A stretch of 64,000 bases of DNA from Octopus sinensis (GCF_006345805.1 NC_042999.1:165168001-165232000), one strand, 5' to 3'; positions 25,566-39,555 are shown, counted from the stretch's first letter. Program-made: numbers and translations. Notes: generated by a model not told the origin, from the sequence alone.

Positions 25566-25605
<40 letters not shown>

Positions 25606-25618
25606 TAATAATAATAAT

Positions 25619-26792
25619 ACCTACCTAACTGAAAAAGTCTGAGGACTGGATGTTAAAACTTGTCTCAAAACATGAAAACAAGAAAGCTTCACACTCAGTA
25701 ACAAAACAGGCAAAGGAATATCTAAGTGAATTCCGAATACAACACATTTCGGAATTAGACATACAAGAAGCACAGAAAAAGCTAAGCGCATGAAAACCCT
25801 TGCTAAAACTGCGGCCTTATATATTCTGAATGATAAATGGCCAAAAAAACTCTCTATGGCAAATGCCCAAAGAGAGAGAATAATGCAGATGTTGACAAAG
25901 CCCTGACCCATCAATGGCTAATGGCCTCTGGCTTAGAATCTGAAACAGAGGGGTTTATCATAGCAGCTCAAGATCAATGCCTACCAACAAGAAACTACCA
26001 GGCCAACATATTAAAGAACGGCAGTAGCCCAACGTGTCGTGTATATCGACAACAAAGTGAAACCATTGATCATGTTGTCTCCAAGTGCAGTCTTCTAGCG
26101 CCTACAGAGTATCTCAACAGGCATGATAAAGCTGCACAATATATTCACTGGGTAATTTGCAAAAACCTGGATTTGCCCCATGATAAAAACTGGTGGGAAC
26201 ACAAACCACCTCCAGTGCTTGAAAATGACTACATCTCACTCCTCTGGAACGTCACCATTCAAACTGACAGAAAGATAGATGCAAATGGACCAGAAATCAT
26301 ATTGAAAGACTTCAGACAAAGAACATGCCTCCTCATTGATATGACTGTCCCAATCGATATAAACATATCTGTCAAGACCTACCAAAAGCTGAGCAAATAT
26401 AAAGATCTTGAAATAGAAATCAGCAAAATGTGGAAGCTGAAGACTAAAACAATACCTGTTGTCATGGGTGCCCTGCGAATGATAGCAAAAGGGGCTGATT
26501 GCTACCTAAGTCAGATACCAGGAAACACAAAAATGGCAGAAATTCAAAAGATAGTGCTCATGGGAACTGCTCATATCCTACGCAAAATACTTTCTATGTA
26601 ATCTCAAGGTTTAAAACAAACATAATTTTCGTATGTTTTTTTAGATATTCACTAGTACAACACTAAATACAAAACCAAATATATGGCATACTAGGCATAA
26701 CAACAACATGAACTTCCAAACTGTTGTCTCTTGAGGTCTCTGGGTGAGACTTGGAGCCAACTTGTACAAATATAAAGCAAAAGTCAAACATA

Positions 26793-26793
<1 letters not shown>
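25619..26793 (+). mobile_element. R4/Dong-clade LINE, 5'-truncated copy A1 with complete 3' UTR, flanked by (TAA)n on both sides
   Basis: ORF 25837-26601: AAQDQ, CRVY...ETIDHVVSKC, RHD, RKIDANGPEII..D, KLSKYKDL, GAL. (TAA)n at 25566-25618 and 26794-26876. Confidence 0.92.
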
Positions 26794-26860
<67 letters not shown>

Positions 26861-26876
26861 TAATAATAATAATAAT

Positions 26877-29205
26877 TAGAAGAGCAAAAGTGGGAGGGTG
26901 TCAAGGTAGAAGATATAAGATCTGCTCTCAGGAGGTCAAGCAAATGGAAGTCTCCAGGAAAGGATAAAATTCCTAACTTCTGGCTGAATGCCTTCCCAGA
27001 GAACCATGAACTGCTAACAGAACTGTATAATGATGTTTTGCAACACCCTAGTAGGATGCCTCCTTGGCTAGTTAATGGGTTAACATTCCTGCTTCCAAAA
27101 AGTGAAGAAACAAATGAACCAAAAAACTATAGACCCATAACCTGCTTAACAACTATGTACAAAACGCTAACATCTGTCCTGACGGAATATTCTTATAGTT
27201 TTTTAACAGACAGCAGCATATTCCCTAATGAACAGAAAGGATGTAAACGTGGATCCTACGGCTGTAAAGATCAACTACTCATCAATAAGATGATCTTAGA
27301 AGATTGTCACAAACGACACAAAAACTTATCAATAGCCTGGATAGACTATAAAAAGGCTTTTGATAGCCTACCACATAGCTGGATTAGGAAATGCCTGCGA
27401 AACTTTTTGTCAGTAAGTATGAGATCATGGAGAACCACACTAACTCTGAACAGTGACAATGAATCCCTAAATGCTGGTGATGTAAAAATTTCGTGTGGCA
27501 TTTTCCAGGGTGACTCACTGTCACCACTCCTCTTTTGTTTAGCCTTAATACCTCTCTCAAAACTGCTCAATGACGCGCAGTACGGGTATAAAATGTTTGA
27601 TAAAAATATAAATCATCTCATTTACATGGATGATTTAAAGCTCTTTGCAAAAAATGACCAACAACTCAAGGGCTTACTAGCGATAGTCAAACAATTCAGT
27701 GACGACATCAGAATGCAATTCGGCCTCGATAAATATGTAAAAGCTACCTTTATCAAAGGAAAAATGACAGAAACATCTAACGTTGACCTTGACCAGCAGA
27801 ATGTCATAAAAGAACTAGACCCAGCGGAGAGCTACAAGTACGTAGGGGTAATTGAAGGGAGCGGAATAAGGCATTCAGAGATGAAGGAAAGGATCAGGAG
27901 AGAATGCTATCGAAGAGTGAGAGCAATACTCAAGACAGAGCTGAATGCAAGAAACAGGATCGAAGCGATCAATGCATTAGCCATACCAGTCGTGACTTAC
28001 AGTTTCAATATCGTTAACTGGTCAATTACTGAAATATATCAGCTCGACAGAAAAATAAGAAAACTGTTGACAATGCATAGAATGCACCACCCTGAGGCAG
28101 ATACAGAACGACTTTATCTGCCAAGAAAAGAGGGAGGCCGTGGTCTTATGTAACTGGCAATAACAATGAAGATTGCTACAATTGGCCTAGACACCTACCT
28201 GAAAAAGTCTGAGGACTGGATGTTAAAACGTGTCTCAAAACATGAAAACCAGAAAGCATCATACTCAGTAACAAAACAGGCAAAAGAATATCTAAGTGAA
28301 TTCCGAATACAACCACTTTCGGAATTAGAGATAGACATACAAGAAACAAGCACAGAAAAAGCTAGGCGCATGAAAACCTGTGCCAAAACTGCGGCCTTAG
28401 ATATTCTGAATAATAAATGGCAAGAAAAACCTCTCTATGGCAAATACCCAAAGAGAGCGAATAATGTAGATGTTGACAAAGCCCTGACCCATCAATGGCT
28501 AATGGCCTCTGGCTTAGAATCTGAAACAGAGGGGTTTATCATAGCAGCTCAAGATCAATGCCTACCAACAAGAAACTACCAGGCCAACATATTAAAGAAC
28601 GGCAGTAGCCCAACATGTCGTGTATGCCGACAACAAAATGAAACCATTGATCATGTTGTCTCCAAATGCAGTATTCTAGCGCCTACAGAGTATCTCAACA
28701 GGCATGATAGAGCTGCACAATATATTCACTGGGTAATTTGCAAAAACCTGGATTTGCCCCATGATAAAAACTGGTGGGAACACAAACCACCTCCAGTGCT
28801 TGAAAATGACATCCTACTCCTCTGGAACTTCACCATTCAAACTGACAGAAAGATAGATGCAAATAGGCCAGACATCATAGTGAAAGACTTCAGACAAAGA
28901 ACATGCCTCCTCATTGATATGACTGTCTCAATCGATATAAACGTATCTGTCAAGACCTACCAAAAACTGAGCACATATAAAGATCTTGAAATAGAAATCA
29001 GCAAAATGTGGAAGCTGAAGACTAAAACAATACCTGTTGTCATAGGTGCCCTGGGAATGATAGCGAAAGGGACTGATTGCTACCTAAGTCAGATACCAGG
29101 AAACCCCAAAATGGCAGAAATTCAAAAGATAGTGTTCATGGGAACTGCTCATATCCTACGCAAAATACTCTCTAAGTAATCCCAAGGTTTAAAACAAAAG
29201 TCAAA
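26877..29205 (+). mobile_element. R4/Dong-clade LINE copy A2: RT, CCHC zinc finger and RLE endonuclease; one in-frame stop
   Basis: ORFs 27038-28153 and 28166-29179 share a frame and are split by one TAA. Motifs NYRPITCL, DQLLINK, DYKKAFDS, GIFQGDSLSPLLF, YMDDLK, CRVC..ETIDH...C, RPDIIVKD, KYKDL. Confidence 0.95.
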
Positions 29206-30160
29206 GGTTTCGGAGTGACATCTGGAGCACTAGAAGGATACTGAATGGTTGCAAGTACTGAAACAAACAGTAGTCTGTCCAAAACAGGCAGAACTAGTCA
29301 GCTCAGCTAGGGAAGAGAAGGAAATCAGTAAAAAAAAAATGAGCAGCTTGAATGCCCCGGGACCAGTTGGAGTTCAAGGCTACTGGATCAAAAGATTTGG
29401 TGAATGTCAGGCACGAATAGCTGCGCAACTCCACACTTTGTTAAATGCCGATCAAGTAACACCAGAGTGGTTGACATTGGGTAGGAAAATGCTGTGCTTG
29501 AAAAACATCGAAACAGGCAAAACGGTAGACAATTACAGGCCGATATCCAGTTTGCTACTGCCTGGAATACTCACAGAGTCAATGTACGAACATCTGAAAA
29601 GAAATGGAGTCCTGCCACATGAACAGAAGGGTTGCAAGCATAAGTGAGAGATACCAAGGATCAACTCCTGATAGACAAAACTGTACTTAGAGACTGCAAG
29701 AGGAGGAAAAGTAACTTAGCCATGTCATGGATCGACTATCGTAAGGCGTACGATATAATCCTACATTCTTGGATTATGGAGTGTATGAACCTATTTGGTA
29801 TTGCTTCGAATGTTGCGCGATTGCTTGGAAAAAGTAAGGCGAATTGGAGGACGGACCTGACAGCATACGGAAGAAGCTTAGGGACAGTAGAAATTAGGAG
29901 GGGGCATCTTCCAAGGGGACTGCCTCTCCCCACTGATCTTTGTACTAACACTGATTCTGAGGAAAGCAAAAGCTGGGTATATATTCAAAAGCCACCAACA
30001 AAAAGTCAACCATTTGTTATTCATGGATGACCTCAAACTTTATGGTAAAGATGAAGTCCAAGTCAGTTCCCTCGTTGATACAGTGTATACCTTCAGTGCT
30101 GATATCAGAATGGAGTTCGGACTGAGAAAGTATGGTGAGTTAGTCTTGAAGAGAGGGAAA
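29206..30160 (+). mobile_element. R4/Dong-clade LINE RT fragment of a second family, decayed
   Basis: [47 protein letters not shown]; frameshifted. Confidence 0.85.
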
Positions 30161-30477
30161 AATCAAATGTATATTTTATAACACCGACTCCCATATGTTC
30201 GTGTGTATGTGTATTTGCGTTATATATTCACACAAATTCGTGATATATGGAACGTTACGTGGTATACATAAGCTTATGACATATGGTGAGTCACGAATAT
30301 ATGATCTGCGCTATGATGTTATGTTACGTAATATATACATATATAGATATATGTTCCGTGGTGCATTAATATACATAGACACATACTCTATAGTGCGCTA
30401 ACTAATATATACATAAATACATACATACATACATTACATACATACATACATGCATACATAAATACATGCATGCATAC

Positions 30478-30514
<37 letters not shown>

Positions 30515-30579
30515 CAAATGCATACATCGTGTATGACATGTGGTGTGTTAAGTAATATACATACACAAATGACTTCGAG

Positions 30580-30635
30580 CAGTGGTTCCCAACCTGTGGT
30601 CCGTAAAGTTAGTATTGGGGACCCGTGAACATGTT
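30580..30635 (+). mobile_element. hAT-Charlie-type MITE terminus
   Basis: CAGTGGTTCCCAACCTGTGGTCC resembles a Charlie TIR; the matching other end was not found. Confidence 0.4.
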
Positions 30636-31989
30636 AAGTTGACAGACCTTTTAATGTCCTGAGGTCGTAAGTTCTATCCTACCAAAACTGTATTAATACC
30701 AAAGGGTAATATTTACTCCCATCTAAAACCACGATAGTTATCATAAGTGGGAAAACTCATTTGAATATTGGTAGTGAAACGGTTAGGAGCTGCTGATACA
30801 CACACAGATTACGGTGTTTAAGTTATACAAATACCATTTTCTTGCTAGTAATATAAATATACGTAATTTATGAGAGGTTGAGTAATTGTAATAATGGAGC
30901 TTCCACTAGTGTCGATGATGAACGCTAATGTCGTTCAAACAACGGAATTTCCTCTTCATTAGATATTAATGTAAATAGCTGAGTATTCCACAGATAGAAT
31001 TCACTGACGTGTCGAGGCTTAACACAATCGTCAAGCAGAATCAGCGACATAGACAGTGTATGAAGAGAATGAATAACAAGTGCAATTCATTTCACGGGTC
31101 TCCATACAGTCTCAGCCGACCCACTTTTTGTTACAATGGCTATGGTAGCAGACACTTTTCCAAGGGGCTGTTTTGGCAGGATAGAACTTATGGCCTCGTC
31201 ATTCAAAAACGAACGTCTTAACCACTCGTATCTGTATAGTAATAAATAACCTACAGTATGTTTAAGAGAGATATTTGTGTGTGTGTGTGTGCACGTGTGT
31301 GTGTGTGTGTGTGCGTGTGTGTGTGTGTGTGTGTGAAAAAGAGTAATAGCGGCAAAAATTGTATTTAGTTGTAAAGTTTAAAGTCATTTAGAGTATATAT
31401 TGCTGAGAGGAGAGTTTTCGGCGTTTCGGATAGTATCCTTTTTCACAGAGAGTGGGAGAAAGATTGTCTTCACCTTTAGTTCATGCCAACAATGGACACT
31501 GTGAAGAATGGCCTAGATTGGTTGCATTATTAGTTAAGTACGCATGTGAGAGATATAGTCTACAAGACAAAAGTGGTGATAGAGAGGAAAGAATTTGGAG
31601 GGAAAAGTTAATTGATAAATTATGAAGTCGATAACGGAGAGTGATTTAGAACGGAAATGATTGGTCAGCTTAAGAGGGTGAATGTTGATACTGGCTAGGT
31701 TAGTGACAACAGCAGGAAGTTAACAGCAGCTGTATTCACTCCACACGCAGACACATACAGTCAACACACATAAATACACATATAGACAGCAGTACATATA
31801 TACACACATATATACGTGAGGAATACACATAAATACGAACAATAGAGTGTGGTACTGAGTTCCTTTTTGCGCGCCCATGCATTCAGTAATATTCTAATTT
31901 TGGAGGAGGGGGAAATTGAATACATTGCCCCAGAATCTGATTGAAGAATGAAAGCAAAGTTGACCTCGTTACAATTTGAGCTCGGAACG

Positions 31990-32310
31990 TAAATTGTCGA
32001 GAGAAATTAATGACCCCACCCTCGGTCATGAACGACCATGGGATTGCACCTTGAAAGTTAACCTCCGAGGCCCAAGTCCGGATAAGGTTGTTCATGGAAG
32101 AGCAGCAAACCCCGCTCCACGCCACCGACGTTATCCAAGAAAAAGGCAAACGCCGATACAGTGACGGGGCAACTCATTTCTAGAACCGAGTGAACTGGAG
32201 CAATGTGAAAAAAAGTTTCTTGCTCAAGAACACAACACACAGCCCGGTCCGGGTATCGAACTCACTACCTTATGATTGTGAGCCCGAAGCTCTAACCACT
32301 GTATCATGCG
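31990..32310 (-). mobile_element. SINE family D
   Basis: Similar to 11396-11738 in reverse orientation. Confidence 0.8.
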
Positions 32311-33453
32311 CCCGTCCGACGCGTTAACGATTATACCAGTTTGCCACCTTAAAAATAAACCAAAGTTTTTGCTTGCAGCTCCTAGATTTCTCAAGTGGTC
32401 ATCCATCTAAATACTGATTAGGCTTGGCGTTGCTTGATAGAAGGAAAATCAAAATAGTCAGAAATTAAATAAAATTATATAAAAATTTATAAAAATTAAT
32501 ATGAAGGAAAATGCTTATTTATAATGACATTCTGCAAAATACACATGCATAAACAGGTGTGATTGGGTGGGATTAGGAAGAGAAAATGAAGAGAAACGTT
32601 TATTAAGATCTACTAGAAATAAAAGTGAATATGTATTGTTCTTCGTATTTCATAGAGAGTTGTAATCCGAGAGATGGTTTATAGGAAGATCAAATGTATT
32701 GAAATAATGCGGCAAAACAATCACCTGCCCTAAATTGCATTACCAGGTCACGCTCACATCTGCCAAGCTCATATGCAAATTGTGCTGTGGTACCCTCTAT
32801 GTTGGAAAATATACCAGCAACTGCGCGGCCACTTTTGCATGCGCATTTGCAACATTCATTGACGAATTCAGGACCAACTCGTAGTCTACAATTTCAGCAT
32901 ATTTGATCACTTCTTGAAAATCCTCTCCATGCTGGGTACGGCTAATCACTATCCAGCAACATATCCCAGAAAAACATAGTCACAGCAATGCCCTTGAGAC
33001 ATCACCTGCACTCAAAATGAACACATTTTTATTTACTATTCGTACTAATCTCATCCATCCCACTGGTGTTTATGCAAATACATCGTAGAGAAAGCTTTTT
33101 TTTTTTTTAAATATCTTTATCATTTATTCTATTTCATTTTATTTCCGTTATTACTATTTCATTTTTATCTTATTCTAAACTGCGTTGTGTGTGCAAACGC
33201 TCATATGCAAGCTGATGTCAGAAGTTTCATTGTTGAAGTGTTCCTATGCCGTTGCATTTATGCATGTGAGTTTCGCTACTACTTGTGCGTACATGTGTCT
33301 GTGTCACAACTGTATATGTTTGTGTTTGTGCGGTGGTGGTGTGAATGTGACATTTGATAAGTTTACTGTTGCGGGCACTGACCTTGCTAACAAAACTCCT
33401 CCCCTCTATAAACTGACTATTCCGTCTTCTCTCTTCCTCTCTCTAATTGGTCT

Positions 33454-33484
<31 letters not shown>

Positions 33485-33708
33485 CACTAAACCCTCTTCC
33501 TCACATACCACTTTTCTCTCTACAATCACTTTCCTCACGTGCACCTATAACTACTAACTCACAACATTTCCTCTCACTTTCTACTGTGTTCAAAACTCTC
33601 ATGAACAAAAAGGAGCTAGAAATGTTTTCTCTTTTTATCAGAATAACCTTTCTATAATACATATGTCCTTTTATGTTATTTACCTCAAAACTTAAAGCGA
33701 TACAAGAG

Positions 33709-34024
33709 ACATACTGCCCGATTGTGGTACATACTGCCCGATTGTGGTACATACTGCCCGATTGTGGTACATACTGCCCGATTGTGGTACATACTGCCCG
33801 ATTGTGGTACATACTGCCCGATTGTGGTACATACTGCCCGATTGTGGTACATACTGCCCGATTGTGGTACATACTGCCCGATTGTGGTACATACTGCCCG
33901 ATTGTGGTACATACTGCCCGATTGTGGTACATACTGCCCGATTGTGGTACATACTGCCCGATTGTGGTACATACTGCCCGATTGTGGTACATACTGCCCG
34001 ATTGTGGTACATACTGCCCGATTG
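33709..34024. repeat. Perfect 20-bp minisatellite, ~15.8 copies (ACATACTGCCCGATTGTGGT)
   Basis: Identical units read directly. Confidence 0.97.
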
Positions 34025-34339
34025 CTGTGACTTAATATTATTTTCATTTAGTTCTCAACTTACATCCTTCCCCGAAATTGCTGGCCTTGTGCTAAAATTT
34101 GAAATCAATATTAATATTCACCGAAGTCGACTGCCTTTCATCCTTTAGAGGTCGACAAAATTTGAACGCTGGAGTCGCATCGACTCCGTAATCGACTTGA
34201 CTCCTTCCCTGAAATAACTGACCTAGAGTCAAAACTTGAAACTAATATTTAGCTAGGTTCTTTCACGTTCTGATTACATTTAGCGCTCATGTTGAACTTT
34301 CATTTCATTTCTTCAAGGATCAACAAAATAAACAACACG

Positions 34340-34797
34340 CGCAGAAGTGGCTGTGGGGAGGCACAGGCGTGGCTGTGTGGTAAGAAGTTTGCTTCCCAAC
34401 CACATGGTTTTAGTTTCAATCCCGCTGCGTGACACTTTGTGTGTCTTCTGCTATAGCCTCGAGCCGACCAAAGTCTTGTCAGTGGATTTGGTAGACGGAA
34501 ACTGAAAGAAGCCCGTCATATGTCTGTGTGTATGCGTGCACGTGTGTGTGTGTTTGTGTACGCATGTGTGCCTTTGTATCTGTGTTTGTCCTCCATCACC
34601 GCTTGGCAACTGGTGTTGGTATGTTTACGTCTCAATAACTTAGCAGTTCGGCATTAGATCTCGGTAAAATAAGTACTACGCTCAAAAAAAGAAACAATAA
34701 GTCCTGAGGTCGATTTGTTCGAGTAAAAACCCTTCAAGACGGTGCTCCACCATGGCCGCAGTCAAACAACTGAAACAAGTTAAAGAATAAAAGAATA
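34340..34797 (+). mobile_element. SINE family A
   Basis: Head GGCTGTGTGGTAAG, central GGATTTGGTAGACGGAAACTG, tail CATGGCCGCAGTC...GAATAAAAG. Confidence 0.85.
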
Positions 34798-35999
34798 TGT
34801 ACGTACTTGCTTCTTTGTCTTTGAGAGGTCGCGACCAAGATGCGTCTCAGTACGCTGCACCAGGAATTTCCGCTTCGCATTAGTTTTGTTTGGTTGGTCT
34901 TCAATTTCATGTTGTGTGTCTTTGTTAATAAGATCAATGCTGTCTTCGCCCTCCTTTCGGGTGCGATAATTTCCAAAATGCAACTGCTGATTACACCTGG
35001 TGTTCATTATAATAACAGTGACCAGCGAAGCCTGCCCTACGTTGAATAACAATAATAGAAATGGGTAGAATATGTCCATAAATCTCTTCTTTGGAATTGT
35101 GATCACGCCATGAGATGTACTGAGCACTCATGAGAAACCTGTTGTATATATCATCAAAGGGATCTTGAAGCCCCTTCTTCATAGGCCAGGTTTCGGGACC
35201 ATAGAGTAAAAGTCGTTTTCACTCATATCCTGAATACGGTCAAACTTCGAAATATTTGCTTGCTAGATTTTTTTTCTTCTCGATTTAATCAATCTTTTAT
35301 ACCCTTATTCGAAATGTATGGTCTTGTATCTAATGTTAGCAATCATTACTTAGTTAAAAGAAAACGAACAATACCTTTCTACATGCGCGCACGCACGTCT
35401 GTGTGTGCATGCACGGTGGCCGTTTGTATAATATCCGTGTGTCAATTTTGTCTGAAGACATTGGTCAACTCAGCTTTTGTTTAAGACAAGTGCTCAAGTA
35501 TTGCGCAAAAGGGACCAATATTGAACCTGGTCCAATATTTTTATTTTTATTTATTCATTTATTGTGTATATATTTTGGTTCAGTTTTTTTTTATATACCT
35601 ATATTCGTATCCGTAGTGAAAGAAACACTTTGAATTGGACTTCCCTAGACCACCATGCAATTTTTCGTTTATCGTTTCTCTTAATTAAATCGTTTCAGCT
35701 GCTTCGATGTTTTACTTTTTTTTTCTTTTACTCTTCTTCATTTCAACCACGCCAGTTCTATGTATATGAAGTCTTTACCAATATTGTAAAATTTCTCGGT
35801 GAATATTTGCCTCTCTGGGAATAGTTCCGTGAGGTTTGTATAAATGTTTTACAGATTTGTGAGAATTTATAGGTTTCAATATTTCCGAAATCACATCGAA
35901 TTTCCTCTCCAGGCTAAATTGTCTGAAATTATTTGACCAGGCGTGATGATGATGATAACAACGACGACGATAATGATGATTTCATGACAGTGGTAGTAG

Positions 36000-36191
36000 T
36001 GGCGGCTGTGTGGTAAGAAGCTTGCTTCCCAACCACATGATTCCAGGTTCAGACCCACTGCGTGACACCTTGGGCAATTGTCTTCTATTTTAGCCTCAGT
36101 CCGACCAAAGCCTTGTGAGTGGATTTGGTAGATGGAAGCTGAAAGAAGCTCGTCGTATATATATATATATATTATATATATATATATGTGC

Positions 36192-36229
<38 letters not shown>

Positions 36230-36430
36230 CTGTCTGTTTGTCCCCCATCCTCCACCTCTTGACAACTGGTGTGTTTATGTCTCCGTAACTTAGCGGTTCG
36301 GCAAAATATAACGATAGAATAAGTACCAGGCTTAAAAAAAGTATTGGGGTCGACACATTCGACAATAAATTCTTCAAGGTAGTACCCCAGCATGGCCGCA
36401 GTCTAATGACTGAAACAAGTAAAAGATAAA
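36000..36430 (+). mobile_element. SINE family A
   Basis: As above. Confidence 0.85.
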
Positions 36431-37419
36431 AAGTAAATCACTTTCTTGCAATTTTGCTTCAATTACCTCCAAGTTAGCTTTAATAAGCTCGACTGAGATT
36501 GCGAAATTTCTCACCAGAAATGTGATGATCTGTAAGCGAAGGGATTCTTTAGATACTGGACATTAGGACTATATTATTAGAAAAAGTATGACCTGATATA
36601 TTAGGTCTAATACATCAATCCGTCGATTTTCCCCGCTCCTTATTCTTGAGAGGGTCGTTAGAGTAGATTCCTCAGGCACCTGTTCCATAGGGTCAATCAA
36701 AAACATCATTAGACTTTTCGGCTGGAATCTCAAGCGTGACCAACTGGTATTATCGATATTATGTAACCATCACAATCTTGATCTATTCCTACGTTTCGGC
36801 TTGGAGAATCTGTCTTGTGATTCTTTCCCCCGATATTTTACTCCCATGCCTGTAGTAGACCGAACGGGGTGTTGTGTCCTCGAGTAAGGCATCGCATTTT
36901 ACAATTCTTCAGTTTACTTAAATAGGTACCAAGCATTTATTCATACAGCCCTTTTTCCTTCTAGAAATCAAAACATGGATGTTCGTCAGGGTCATTACTA
37001 TAGGCATGGGGTTAAAATATCGCAGGGAAAAAATCACAAGACGAATTCTCCAAGCCGAAACGTCGGAATAAAATGAACATAGGAATAGACAAAGGCGAAG
37101 TAGCGGCTCGACCTGGAGAGATTCCTTGATCTCCGAGTAACGTATCCAGTCGAGTAATTAATATATAAAGAAACTGAGAGTAATCCTTCTTAGAATCTAA
37201 ATTAGTGTTTAGCAATGAACGTTTTTGGATAGAATATCACGAAGAATCGAAGAATATCATATTTGCAGTCGTTTCAGATGACATTCGCGCAATTATCTCA
37301 AGCTGTCTCTTGTGGCTTTTTTATGCGTGTTCATATAATGCATTTAAGCTAGGAAGCTGCATATAGAGGATGATAGGGGAAACATTATAACGTTCCTCTA
37401 TACCGTATAAAGTGAAAGT

Positions 37420-37610
37420 ACGGCATGTAGCCCAGTGATTAGCGTGTTCGGATCAAGATCATAAGGTCGCGGGTTCAATTCCTAGAGCGAACAGCGTGTT
37501 GTGTCCTCGAGTAGGGCATCTCATCTTACGTTTCTCCAGCTTAATTAGCTGTAAATAGGTACCAAGTATTTGCTCAACAGCCCTCTTTCCCACAAGAAAT
37601 CAAGACATGA
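37420..37610 (+). mobile_element. tRNA-derived SINE fragment, related to 36865-36985 and 43615-43695
   Basis: TAGCCCAGTGA, GGGTTCAATTCC, GTGTTGTGTCCTCGAGTA, AAATAGGTACCAA shared. Confidence 0.6.
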
Positions 37611-37845
37611 ATTTCCTTCGGGGTCCAAGAAGCAGGACCGAGAGGTTGTCCATGTCTGCCCGCGACTACGCTTGCGCTTAAAGCGATCAGTGAAAGTGCT
37701 GTACATGCTTCAAATGACGGCTGTACTTTGCTGTATTATGCCGTCACTCAGTTGATACGATGGTACCGCCGCCGCTGCTGCTGCTGCTGCTACTGTCGCT
37801 GCTGCTTCTGATGATAACGACGACGACGATAATGATGATTTGATG

Positions 37846-39555
37846 ATGGCGGTGGTGGTGGTGGTGGTGGTGGTGGTGGTGGTGGTGGTGATGGTGGTGG
37901 TGGTTGGTGGTAATGGTGGTGGTGGTGGTGGTGATGATGGTGGTGGTGGTGGTGGTGGTGGGTGGTGGTGGTGGTGTGTGGTGGTGGTGGTGGTTGATGG
38001 TGGTGGTGGTGGTGATGGTGGTGATGGTGGTGGAGTTGGTGGTAATGGTGGTGGTGGTGGTGGTGGGTGGTGGTGATGGTGGTGATGGTGGTGGTGGTGG
38101 TGGTGGTGATGGTGGTGGTGGTGGTGATGGTGGTGGTGGTGGTGATGTGGTGGTGGTGGTGGTGTGGTGGTGGTGGTGGTGGGGTGGTTGGTGATGGTGG
38201 TGGTGGTGGTGATGGTGTGTGGTGGTGATGGTGGTGATGGTGGTGATGGTGGTGGTGTGGTGGTGGTGGTGGTGGTGGTGGGTGATGGTGGTTGATGGTG
38301 GTGGTGATGGTGGTGATGGTGGTGGTGGTGGTGGTGGTGGTTGGTGTGGTGGTGGTGATGGGGTGGTGGTGGTGGTGGTGGTGGTGGTGGTGGTGGTGAT
38401 GGTGGTAGTGTAGGTGGGTGTGGTGGTGTGGTGGTGGTGTGATGGTGGTAGTGTAGGTGGTGGTGGTGGTGGTGATGGTGGTGGTGGGGATGGGTGGTGG
38501 TGGTGGTGGTGGTGGTGGTGGTGATGGTGGTAGTGTAGGTGGTGGTGGTGGTGGTGGTGGTGGTGGTGATGGTGGTGGTGGTGGTGGTGTGGTGGTGGTG
38601 GTGGTGGTGGTGGTGGTGTGGTGGTGGTGGTGGTGGGTGGTGGTGGTGGTGGTAGGTGGTGGTGGTGGTGGTGGTGGTGGTGGTGGTGGTGGTGGTGGTG
38701 GTGGTGGTGGTGGTGGTGGTGTGGTGGTGGTGGTGGTGGGGTGGTGGTGGTGGTGGTGGTAGTGTAGGTGGTGGTGGTGGTGGTGATGGTGGTAGGTGTA
38801 GGTGGTGGTGGTGGTGGTGGTGGTGGTGTTGGTGGTGGTGGTGGTGGGTGGTGGTGGTGGTGGTGGTAGTGTAGGTGGTGGTGGTGGTGGTGGTGTGATG
38901 GTGGTGGTGGTGGTGGTGGTGGTGGTGGTGGTGGTGGTGGTAGGTAGGTGGTGGTGGTTGGTGGTGTGGTGGTTGGTGGTGGTGGTGGTGGTAGTTGTGG
39001 TGGTGTTGGTGGTGGTGGTGGTGATGGTGGTAGTGTAGGTGGTGGTGGTGGTGGTGAGGGTGGTGGTGGTGGTGGTGGTGGTGTGGTGGTGGTGGTAGTG
39101 TAGGTGGTGGTGGTGGTGGTGGTGGTGATGGTGGTAGTGTAGGTGGGTGTGGTGGTGGTGGTGGTGGTGATGGTGGTAGTGTGGTGGTGGTGGTGGTGGT
39201 GGTGGTGATGGTGGTAGTGTAGGTGGTGGTGGTGGTGGTGGTGTGATGGTGGTGGTGGTGGTGGTGGTGATGATGATGGTGGTGGTGGGTGGTGGTGGTG
39301 GTGGTGATGATGGTGGTGGGTGGTGGTGGTGGTGATGATGGTGGTGGTGGTGTGGTGGTGTGGTGGTGGTGATGATGGTGGTGGTGGTGGTGGTGTGGTG
39401 GTGGTGGTGGTGGGTGATGATGATGGTGGTGGTGGTGGTGGTGGTGGTGGTGGTGGTGGTGATGGTGGTGGTGGTGGTGGTGGTGGTGGTGGTGATGGTG
39501 GTGATGGTGGTGGTGGTGGTGGTGGTGATGATGATGGTGGTGGTGGTGGTGGTGG

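Noticed and set aside
33709-34024. CRISPR-like array
   Set aside because: Units are contiguous with no spacers, in a eukaryotic context.
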